From assembly GCA_046598045.1 (NCBI GenBank), contig JBKJJJ010000037.1:1-11840 (forward strand): 11,840 nt of DNA. Reading direction: 5' to 3'. The DNA comes from Candidatus Eiseniibacteriota bacterium. Lineage in GTDB: Bacteria > Eisenbacteria > RBG-16-71-46 > DASYSL01. Each line of letters begins with the position of its first letter. Position 1 is the stretch's first letter. Below the pieces are notes generated by a model. It did no database searches, had not been told where the DNA came from, and saw only the letters and a program-made list of their open reading frames with translations. The translations under genes were made by a program, and so were the position numbers. Below, one piece after another: positions 1 through 8,968 of the stretch.

Positions 1-16
1 GGGCGCCGGGCCGCGC

Positions 17-46
17 TTGCCGCTGCCCGGCGCAAACTGTTAGATT
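17..46 (+). promoter_or_regulatory. Putative sigma70 promoter of the tRNA gene (extended -10)
   Basis: TTGCCG at 17-22, 18-bp spacer, TG at 38-39 and TAGATT at 41-46, then a GC-rich discriminator (GCGGCGG) just before the tRNA, as expected for a stable-RNA promoter. Confidence 0.65.
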
Positions 47-55
47 GCGGCGGAG

Positions 56-132
56 GCGCCCGTAGCTCAGATGGATAGAGCGACAGCCTCCGAAGCTGTA
101 GGCCATAGGTTCGAATCCTATCGGGCGCACCA
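56..132 (+). tRNA. tRNA-Arg (anticodon CCG), 77 nt with encoded CCA
   Basis: Acceptor stem GCGCCCG (56-62)/CGGGCGC (122-128); D arm TAGCTCAG..GGATAGAGC; anticodon stem ACAGC/GCTGT with loop CTCCGAA (CCG at 90-92); T loop GGTTCGAATCC; 3' ACCA. Confidence 0.98.
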
Positions 133-150
133 TTCCGCTATCCTGCCCCC

Positions 151-972
151 ATGGACGCACCCCGCCTGGCCGGCGTCGACCGCCACCCCGACCGTCTCGG
201 ATCCATGTTCAGCGCCATCTCCTGGCGCTACGACCTGATCAATGCCCTGATGAGCCTCGGGCAGGACGGGGCGTGGCGGCGCGCGCTCGCGAGTTCCATC
301 CCGCGCGGCGCGCGCGTGCTCGACCTGTGCTGCGGATCGGCGCGCTCGTCCGTTCCGGCGTTCGAGCGCGCGGGCACGAACGTGACCGGGCTCGACGTCA
401 GCTTCCTCATGCTCCGGCGCGGGCGCGAGTTCGCGCGCGCACAGGGGGCGCGCTTCGACCCGGTGCACGGCGACGGCTTCCGCCTGCCCTTCCGCGCGGA
501 GACGTTCGACATCGTGACCGCCGCGTTCGGCCTGCGCAACCTGGTGCCGCTCCCGCGCGCGGCCGCGGAGATCCAGCGCGTGCTGCGCCCGGGCGGGCGC
601 TTTCTGGCGCTCGACTCGGTCGCGCCGGCGGGCGGCGTGTTCGCCCCGTTCCACGCACTGTACCTGAGGTACGGCGTGCCGCTACTCGGGCGGCTGTCGC
701 CCGACCCGGCCGCGTACCGCTACCTGAGCGAGAGCATCTTCGACTTCGGGACGCCGAACGCGGTGGCCGCCCGGCTCGAGGCGGCCGGCTTCGCGTCCCC
801 GGTCACGGCGCGCCCGCTCATGCTGGGCGCGGTCGCGTTGTTCGAGGGCGTGCGGCGTAATGCGTTGTCCCTGCGTGCAGGGCCCGACGGGGGCGCCGTG
901 CAAAGCGAGAACGCGCCCGGGCAAACCGCGCACGATGCAATGCACGTCGCGGCCTCGGCGCCGCTCCCATGA
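151..972 (+). CDS. menG: Ubiquinone/menaquinone biosynthesis C-methyltransferase (MenG/UbiE family), 273 aa
   Basis: N-terminal MF..I..RYDLIN.LMSLGQD..WRR, SAM motif VLDLCCG, GD..RLPF, FDIVTAAFGLRN, RVLRPGG and AYRYL.ESI..F are all typical UbiE/MenG motifs. About 40 aa of non-homologous C-terminal tail. Confidence 0.88.
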   Translation: MDAPRLAGVDRHPDRLGSMFSAISWRYDLINALMSLGQDGAWRRALASSIPRGARVLDLCCGSARSSVPAFERAGTNVTGLDVSFLMLRRGREFARAQGARFDPVHGDGFRLPFRAETFDIVTAAFGLRNLVPLPRAAAEIQRVLRPGGRFLALDSVAPAGGVFAPFHALYLRYGVPLLGRLSPDPAAYRYLSESIFDFGTPNAVAARLEAAGFASPVTARPLMLGAVALFEGVRRNALSLRAGPDGGAVQSENAPGQTAHDAMHVAASAPLP

Positions 973-1277
973 CCCTCCCGGGCAGCCCGGGGACGCGGCC
1001 CGAGCGACCCGTGCGCGGTGCCGGAAATCGTGCGCGCGCGCAGGGGTCGACCGACCGGGCGACGCTGTGGACCCTCCTCGGGCTCCACGTCGCGCTCGAG
1101 GCGGGCCTGGTCGCCGCCGGGTGGACGCTCGTCAAGTACCTGCCCACCATGCCTTTGAGCGCGGCCCAGAAGGTGATGTTCGAAGTCGGGCTCGCGGCCG
1201 CATTCGTCGGTTTCGGGCTACGGGGCCTGGCGCTCTGGCGCCGCCTGCGCCGGGGCGGCCCCGAGACCGGGCGCTGA
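969..1277 (+). CDS. Hypothetical small membrane protein (2 predicted TM helices), 102 aa
   Basis: ATGA overlap with the menG stop; two hydrophobic segments (TLWTLLGLHVALEAGLVAAGWTLV and VMFEVGLAAAFVGFGLRGLALW) followed by the basic cluster RRLRR; GC3-rich codons. Start uncertain. Confidence 0.6.
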   Translation: MTLPGSPGTRPERPVRGAGNRARAQGSTDRATLWTLLGLHVALEAGLVAAGWTLVKYLPTMPLSAAQKVMFEVGLAAAFVGFGLRGLALWRRLRRGGPETGR

Positions 1278-1342
1278 CCATACCGCGATGCTTCGCGCCG
1301 CCGCGTTTCGGCGCCCACCCGAAAGAAGATCAAGCGGGGCGG

Positions 1343-1358
1343 TGGCACCGGCCTTGCA
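1343..1358 (+). promoter_or_regulatory. sigma54 (RpoN) -24/-12 promoter
   Basis: TGGCAC-CGGCC-TTGCA is a full match to TGGCAC-N5-TTGCW, with GG(1344-45)-N10-GC(1356-57). It lies between the stop at 1277 and the ATG at 1435. Confidence 0.85.
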
Positions 1359-1434
1359 ATGCCATGCGCTGGGCCTCAGGAGAGGCCGATCGCATTGCGC
1401 CTTGCACCTGTGTTCACGAAGGGACGCCGCGCTC

Positions 1435-2475
1435 ATGTTCACGCCGGATCACACGCTCGACGCGCTCCTTGCCCTGACCTCCGGCAACCATCGCGACCGT
1501 TCGGTCGCCGTGGAGGAGGCGCTCCGCGCCGCCTGCAAACTCGTGGAGGCCGAGGCGGCCTCGTTCTACTTCTATGACGGCCGCCGGGCCACGCGCACGA
1601 CGCTGCTCGAGACTGGCGCGCGCATCGTCGAGGAGCATCCGAATCCGGCCGAGGGCCTGTTCCGCCAGGTCACGCTCGAGGGCCGCGCAGCGGTTCTGAA
1701 CAAGCCGCAGCAGGACCCGCGCTTCTGGTGCTCCGACGACGCGCCGGCGGCGCTCGAGGTGCGCAATGTGCTCGCCGCACCGGTCCGGATCCGCAAGCAG
1801 AACATGGGCGTGCTCGCCGCGTTCAACCACGAGGGGCGCTCGGGCTTCTCGTCGCAGGACGCGAAGACGCTCGCGCTCTTGTCGAGCTGCCTCGGGCTGG
1901 TGCTCGAGAACACGCGGCTCTCGACCACGCTCGAGCGTATCGCCGTCACCGACGAGTTGACGCAGGTCTACAACTACCGCTTCCTGAAGACCGCGCTGAG
2001 GCGCGAGATGCAGCGCGCGAAGCGCTTCCGCCAGCCGTTCGCCCTGATCATGGCGGACGTCGACAACCTCAAGATGTACAACGACCGCTTCGGCCACCTG
2101 CGCGGCAGCCAGCTGCTGCGCGAACTCGCGCAGTTGCTGTCGGGCCAGGTGCGCGGCATGGACCTGATCGCCAAGTACGGGGGCGACGAGTTCACCGCGA
2201 TCCTGCCGCAGACGCCGCGCGTCGGCGCCCGCGCCGTCGCCGAGCGGCTGCGCGCGTGCGTCGCCGAGCACACGTTCCCGCACGTCAAGACGGGCGAGAT
2301 CACGATCAGCCTGGGCCTGTCGATGTTCCCCGAGGACGGGATCCAGCCCGGGAGCCTGATCGGCGCGGCCGATGCCGCGCTCTACGCCGCCAAGCAGCGC
2401 GGACGGAACCGCATCGTGGAAGCCACCGGGCTGGTGATCTCGCCCGCCGAGGAGCGGACCCGGGCGTCCGCCTAG
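1435..2475 (+). CDS. GAF-GGDEF dinucleotide cyclase with Hypr (GacA-like) signature; candidate 3',3'-cGAMP/c-di-GMP synthase, 346 aa
   Basis: N-terminal GAF (..DPRF..NVLAAPVR..MGVL.AFN..FS.QD..L..L....GL.LEN), then TDELT, DVD.LK.YND.FGH, I-site RGMD (2152-2163) and GGDEF (2179-2193). Start moved from 1288 to ATG 1435 because the upstream stretch holds the sigma54 promoter and a GAAGGGA SD-like element at 1418-1424. Confidence 0.9.
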   Translation: MFTPDHTLDALLALTSGNHRDRSVAVEEALRAACKLVEAEAASFYFYDGRRATRTTLLETGARIVEEHPNPAEGLFRQVTLEGRAAVLNKPQQDPRFWCSDDAPAALEVRNVLAAPVRIRKQNMGVLAAFNHEGRSGFSSQDAKTLALLSSCLGLVLENTRLSTTLERIAVTDELTQVYNYRFLKTALRREMQRAKRFRQPFALIMADVDNLKMYNDRFGHLRGSQLLRELAQLLSGQVRGMDLIAKYGGDEFTAILPQTPRVGARAVAERLRACVAEHTFPHVKTGEITISLGLSMFPEDGIQPGSLIGAADAALYAAKQRGRNRIVEATGLVISPAEERTRASA

Positions 2476-2479
2476 GGAC

Positions 2480-2508
2480 TGGACAGATTTCGTTGCCAAC
2501 GCTAGAGT
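2480..2508 (+). promoter_or_regulatory. Putative internal sigma70 promoter for the sugar-pathway genes
   Basis: TGGACA (2480-2485), 17 bp, TAGAGT (2503-2508) in a relatively AT-rich intergenic region. SD AGGAGG follows at 2554-2559. Confidence 0.55.
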
Positions 2509-2563
2509 TGGCTCGATTCCCAGCCTGTCCCGCCGCCCCTTAGAGACCGCCCCAGGAGGCCCG

Positions 2564-3625
2564 GTGGAACCCGTAGCTCTGGCCCTCGTTGGCACCGGCG
2601 ACTGGGGGGCCAATCTCCTCCGCAATTTTGCGAGCCTCCCCGGGGCCCGCGTCGCCGCCGTGTGCGACGCCGATCCCGTGCGGCTCGAGCGCGCCCGGAA
2701 GGTCGTGCCCGGCGCCATCGCCGTGTCCGACGCGCGCGCGCTGCTCGACGTGCCCGGCCTCGAAGCCGTGGTGATCGCGGCGCCCGCGGCCGCGCACGCC
2801 CCGCTCGCGCGCCTGTTCCTCGAGGCCGGCAAGGACGTGTACGTCGAGAAGCCGTTCACGCTCGACGTCGCCGACGCCGAGGAGCTGGTCGCGATCGCCG
2901 AGCGCGCCAAGCGTGTGCTCATGGTCGGGCACCTGCTCAAGCATCACCCGGCGGTGAAGAAGCTCAAGGCGATGATCGACGCCGGCGAGATGGGCGACGT
3001 GCGCTACGTGTACTCGCAGCGCGTGAACCTCGGCAAGGTGCGCAGCGACGAGAACGCGCTGTGGTCGTTCGCGCCGCACGACCTGTCGGTCATGCTCTAC
3101 CTGCTGGGCGACGAGCCGGTCGACGTCTCCGCGCGCGGGCAGGCGTTTCTGCAACCCGGGATCGAGGACGTCGTGTTCACCTACCTGCGCTGGGCCGACG
3201 GCCGCATGGCGCACTCGCACGTGAGCTGGCTCGACCCGCACAAGATCCGCCGCTTCACCGTGGTCGGCTCGAAGCGCATGGCCATGTTCGACGACATGGA
3301 GCCCTCGGAGAAGGTCAAGGTCTACGACAAGGGCGTCGACACGAAGGATGGCCCCGGGGGCTCGAGCGAGGGGTCGTTCGTCGACTTCGCCCGCGCGCAC
3401 ACCGTGCGCCAGGGCGACATCTGGATCCCGAAGCTCGACGGTGCCGAGCCGCTGAAGCTCGAGTGCCAGCATTTCGTGGAGTGCGTGCGCAGCCGCGCCA
3501 CTCCGCTCACCGACGGCAGGGACGGGCTCACCGTGGTCAAGGTGCTCGCGGCGGCGCAGGCGTCGCTCCAGCTCCAGGGCGCGCCGGTGCGGCTCGATTC
3601 GCTCGTGGAAGGAAAGACCTCGTGA
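2564..3625 (+). CDS. Gfo/Idh/MocA-family NAD-dependent oxidoreductase (WbpB/WlbA/GnnA-like nucleotide-sugar 3-dehydrogenase), 353 aa
   Basis: Rossmann GTGDWG, VYVEKP, LMVGH, ENALWSFAPHD and HVSWLDPHK motifs; GTG start after AGGAGG; adjacent acetyltransferase and aminotransferase. Confidence 0.88.
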   Translation: MEPVALALVGTGDWGANLLRNFASLPGARVAAVCDADPVRLERARKVVPGAIAVSDARALLDVPGLEAVVIAAPAAAHAPLARLFLEAGKDVYVEKPFTLDVADAEELVAIAERAKRVLMVGHLLKHHPAVKKLKAMIDAGEMGDVRYVYSQRVNLGKVRSDENALWSFAPHDLSVMLYLLGDEPVDVSARGQAFLQPGIEDVVFTYLRWADGRMAHSHVSWLDPHKIRRFTVVGSKRMAMFDDMEPSEKVKVYDKGVDTKDGPGGSSEGSFVDFARAHTVRQGDIWIPKLDGAEPLKLECQHFVECVRSRATPLTDGRDGLTVVKVLAAAQASLQLQGAPVRLDSLVEGKTS

Positions 3626-4398
3626 CGGAACTCAAGGGCGCGAAGCCCGCGGACATTGAAGCGCGCGTGGGCGTGGGCACGACCTGGGGCGAGTACTGCG
3701 TATTCGGCTCGAACATCGTCCTCGGGAAGAACTGCCGGATCGGCAACCACGTGGTCTTCCACGATGACACGGTGGTGGGCGACGACGTGCGCGTCGACGA
3801 CCACGCCGTGCTCGGCAAGCTGCCCATGCGCGCGGCGAGCTCCGCCACGACCAAGGACGCATCGTTCCCGCCGCTCACGGTGGGGGACGGCTCGATCGTG
3901 GGCACGGGCGTCGTGCTCTACCGCGGGCTCAAGCTCGGCCGCAAGTGCCTGGTCGCGGACTACGCGACCGTGCGCGAGGACGTGGTGATCGGCGACCGCA
4001 CGATCGTGGGTCGCGGCGTCACGGTCGAGAACGAGTGCTCGGTCGGGCGCTTCGTCAAGCTCGAGAGCGAGTGCTACATCACGGCGTATTCGACGATCGA
4101 GGACCGCGTGTTCATCGCCCCGGGCGTGATCACGTCGAACGACAATTTCGTGGGCCGCACCGAGGCCCGCAAGAAGAACTTCAAGGGCGTGACGGTGAAG
4201 CGGGGCGGCCGCGTCGGCGCGGGCTCCGTGATCCTGCCGGGGAAGACGATCGGCGAGGACGCGCTGGTGGCTGCGGGCTCGGTGGTGACCAAGGACGTGC
4301 CCGCTCGGAAGGTGGTCATGGGCAGCCCGGCGCGCGTCGTGCGCGACGTGCCGACCGAACAACTCCTGGAACACCAGGGCTGGAGCGACGACGTATGA
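3622..4398 (+). CDS. Left-handed beta-helix (hexapeptide repeat) N-acetyltransferase, WbpD/WlbB-like, 258 aa
   Basis: GTGA overlap with the upstream stop; many [LIV]G..x.[LIV] hexapeptides; FIAPGVITSND; C-terminal IGEDALVAAGSVVTKDVP...MGSPAR. The ORF-track start at 2662 is spurious. Confidence 0.88.
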   Translation: MTELKGAKPADIEARVGVGTTWGEYCVFGSNIVLGKNCRIGNHVVFHDDTVVGDDVRVDDHAVLGKLPMRAASSATTKDASFPPLTVGDGSIVGTGVVLYRGLKLGRKCLVADYATVREDVVIGDRTIVGRGVTVENECSVGRFVKLESECYITAYSTIEDRVFIAPGVITSNDNFVGRTEARKKNFKGVTVKRGGRVGAGSVILPGKTIGEDALVAAGSVVTKDVPARKVVMGSPARVVRDVPTEQLLEHQGWSDDV

Positions 4399-5546
4399 GC
4401 GCCAAGGTTTCGTTGGCCGACGCACCCAAGACCATGACCGTCCCCCTGCTCGATCTCAAGGCGCAGTACGCCACGATCAAGGGCGACCTCGACGCGGCCG
4501 TGCACGCCGTGCTCGACTCCGCGCGCTTCATCGGCGGGCCCGAGATCACCGCGCTCGAATCCGAGATCGCGGCCTACAGCCACGCCGCCCACGGCGTCGG
4601 CTGCGCGTCCGGCACCGATGCGCTGCTGCTCGCACTCAAGGCGATGGGCGTCGGGCCGGGCGACGAGGTGGTGACCACCGCCTACTCGTTCTTCGCCTCG
4701 GCCTCGACCATCGCGCTCGCGGGCGGCAGGCCCGTGTTCGTCGACATCGAGCCCGGGACCTACAACCTCGATCCCGCGAAGCTCACCGCTGTCCTGACCG
4801 CGAAGACCAGGGCGGTGGTACCCGTCCACCTGTTCGGACAGTGCGCCGACATGCCCGCCATCGAAGCCGCGTGCAAGGACATGGGCATCCCCGTACTCGA
4901 GGACGCGGCACAGGCGATCGGCTCGGAGTGGCTCGGCAAGCGCGCCGGCGAGATGGGGGTCGCGGCCTGCTTCTCGTTCTTCCCGTCGAAGAACCTGGGC
5001 GGCATCGGCGACGGCGGCATGGTGGTCTCCAGTGACGCCGCGCTCGCCGACCGGGTGCGCCTGCTGCGCGAGCACGGCGCGCGCCCGAAGTACCACCACC
5101 ACGTGCTCGGCCAGAATAGCCGGCTCGACGCGCTGCAGGCCGCGGTGCTCCGGGTCAAGCTGCGCCACCTCGAGGACTGGCACGCGGGGCGGCAGAAGAA
5201 CGCGGCGCTCTATCGCGAGTTGCTCGCGGACACGAACGTGGGCCTGCCGCTCGCGCGCAAGGAAGCCCGGCACATCTACAACCAGTTCGTGGTGCGCACG
5301 GCCAGGCGCGACGACCTCAAGCAGCACCTGCAGGGCGCCGGCATCGGGACCGAGGTCTACTACCCGCGACCGCTTCACCTGCAGGAGTGCTTCGCGGACC
5401 TCGGCTACAAGGAAGGCGACTTCCCGCACTCCGAGGCCGCGGCGCGCGAGACGCTTGCGCTGCCGATCTATCCCGAACTCACGTCCGAACAGATCACTTA
5501 CGTGAGCGCAAAGATTCACGAGTTCCTGGGACCGCGCGCCGGTTAA
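4395..5546 (+). CDS. DegT/DnrJ/EryC1/StrS PLP-dependent sugar aminotransferase (WbpE/WlbC/GnnB-like), 383 aa
   Basis: ATGA overlap (alternative start 4434); VPLLDLKAQY, SGTDAL, GPGDEV, PVHLFGQ, EDAAQA, SFFPSKNLG (PLP Lys), NSRLDALQAAVL. Confidence 0.93.
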   Translation: MSAKVSLADAPKTMTVPLLDLKAQYATIKGDLDAAVHAVLDSARFIGGPEITALESEIAAYSHAAHGVGCASGTDALLLALKAMGVGPGDEVVTTAYSFFASASTIALAGGRPVFVDIEPGTYNLDPAKLTAVLTAKTRAVVPVHLFGQCADMPAIEAACKDMGIPVLEDAAQAIGSEWLGKRAGEMGVAACFSFFPSKNLGGIGDGGMVVSSDAALADRVRLLREHGARPKYHHHVLGQNSRLDALQAAVLRVKLRHLEDWHAGRQKNAALYRELLADTNVGLPLARKEARHIYNQFVVRTARRDDLKQHLQGAGIGTEVYYPRPLHLQECFADLGYKEGDFPHSEAAARETLALPIYPELTSEQITYVSAKIHEFLGPRAG

Positions 5547-5577
5547 GACCGTCGGCGCGGCACGAGCGAGAGGCGGC

Positions 5578-7528
5578 ATGGACGAGTCCCAGCGCGAAGC
5601 CATCCAGCGATTGCTAAGGCGCGTGGACGAAGTCCGCGGCCTCGAGTCGCTGCCCGCGGGGGGCGAGGTCGAGGCGGGGGAGGAGACCACGCGCCTGCTC
5701 GGGGCGGCCGAGGGGCTGGTCGAGGAGCTCGAGAAGTCGCGCCGCCGCCTGATCGAGACCAACGTCCAGCTGGTCTCGCTGCGCGAGGTCGCGCATTCGA
5801 TGGTCAGCTCGGTCGGCACCGAGGAGACCACCCAGACCGTCACCACCTACCTGCACAAGGCGTTCGGGTTCGAGGACGTGTTCCTCGGGCTGGTCCACCG
5901 GGACCAGTCCACGCTCGAGGGCACCTGGACGCGCAAGACCGGCACCGGGCACGCCTCGTTGCCGTTCCGCATCCCGCTCGTGGGCGAGCCCGAGGGCGTG
6001 CTCGCGCGCAGCGTGTGGCAGCACCGGCCGTTCACCATCCACGACGCGCGGCTCCACCCGCCGTTCGACGCGCCGCCCGAGACCACCCTGGGCGACGTGC
6101 TCGAGGCGGTGCAGGGTTACATCGCGGTGCCCCTCCAGAGGAGCCGCACGCTGTTCGAGGCCGACGCCGCCGAGGGCGCTTGCGACCTCGCCTGCCCGTT
6201 CGGCCCCCAGGGGCGCGGCTCGTGGTACACGCCGCCCCCGGGCGCGAACGGCGACTGGCACGACGAGCGAAGCCGCCTGCGCCAGCGCTGCCTCGACTGC
6301 CCGCAGTTCCCGATCCTGGGCGTGCTCGGCGTCGGCACGCGCCGCGAGATCGACCTCGCCGCGGTCGAGCCCGCGCTGCTCGAGTCGATCGCGCTCTCGG
6401 TCGCGCCGGTGGTCGAGAATGCGCGGCTCTATCACGAGTTGAGGCGCAGCGAGCGCTTCCGCGAGCACGTGCTCAACTCGATGAACAACCCGCTCGCGGT
6501 GCTCAACCTGCAGGGGCGGGTGGTCACGTTCAACCGCGCGGCCGAGGAGCTGACCGGCCTGTCCGGGGCCGAGGTGCGCATGCGCGAGCTCGCCGCCGTG
6601 TTCGGCGCCGAGACTTCTCGCCTGCTGCTGCAGACGCTGCGCACCGGCCACGAGCACCAGCGCCAGGAGACCGTGCTGCCGAAGAAGGGCGGCGCGGCGG
6701 TCCAGGTCGCGCTCACCGCATCGCTGCTGCGCAACGAGGACCGCGCGGTCTACGGCGTGATCGCCACGTTCATCGACCTCACCAAGGTCAAGGTGATGGA
6801 GGAGCGCATCCGCCAGCTCGACCGCCTCGCGGCGCTCGGGCGCTTCACCTCGAGCGTGGCACACGAGATCAGGAACCCGCTCGCGGGCATCGCGGCGGGG
6901 GCGCAGTACCTCAAGAAGTCGATCCCGCCGCACCATCCCGACCACGAGAACTACAAGTTCATCCTGAGCGAGATCGCGCGGCTCGACCGCATCGTCTCGG
7001 ACCTGTTCCACATCACGCACCCGTCCCGCCTGGCGACCAAGGACGGGGCGCTGCCCGAGATCGCCGACCGCGCGCTGCTGTCCCTGCGGCCGCTGGTCAA
7101 GGACAAGAAGATCACGGTCAAGTGGGACGTGCCTTTCGGGCTGCCCCACGTTCGGGTGGACCCGGACCAGATGCAGCTGGTATTCATCAACCTGATCAAG
7201 AACGCGATCGAGGCCTCGCGGCCGAAGAGCACGGTGCTGCTGCGCTTCATGAAGCGCCTGGCCGAGGCCGACGCCTACCCGCACCCCCCGGGCACGACGC
7301 TCGTGGTGGCGACCGTGGTGGACGACGGCCTCGGGATCGCGCCGGAGCACCAGGACCGCCTGTTCGACCCGTTCTTCACCACCAAGAAGGGCGGAACGGG
7401 GCTGGGCCTCTACATTACGCATGACATCATCAAGCGCCACGGCGGTACGCTCAGGGTTGCGAGCGAGCCGGGCCGCGGGACCACATTCACGATCGAGCTG
7501 CCGGTGGAGCCGATCCAGGGAGGCGAGG

Positions 7529-7536
<8 letters not shown>
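5578..7536 (+). CDS. Cytoplasmic sensor histidine kinase (coiled coil-GAF with Cys insert-PAS-HisKA-HATPase), NtrB/AtoS type, 652 aa
   Basis: H-box AHEIRNPL, N-box NLIKNA, G1 DDGLG, F-box FDPFFTTK, G2 GTGLGL; PAS (FNRAAEELTG); GAF ending ENARLY; no obvious TM helix. Confidence 0.93.

Positions 7537-8951
<1,415 letters not shown>

Positions 8952-8968
<17 letters not shown>

Noticed and set aside
56..132. tRNA as an integration site for a mobile element
   Set aside because: No duplicated tRNA 3' end and no integrase in the window; a housekeeping gene follows directly.
898..960. Possible GEMM-I (c-di-GMP/cGAMP) riboswitch suggested by GGGCAAACC and GCAAAG near the cyclase
   Set aside because: The elements are in the wrong order, there is no GNRA-capped P2 followed by GACGCAAAG, and the region lies inside the menG CDS. 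An Rfam scan would be decisive.
1288..1434. ORF-track N-terminal extension of the GGDEF protein
   Set aside because: It spans the sigma54 promoter, has atypical codon usage and shows no domain-like sequence.
2590..2605. Second TGGCAC as a sigma54 site
   Set aside because: No -12 TTGC at the required spacing, and it lies within the GTG..G Rossmann motif codons.
3622..4398. Acetyltransferase as LpxA (similar length)
   Set aside because: It lacks a C-terminal helical domain and ends with the WbpD-type KDVP...GSPAR motif.
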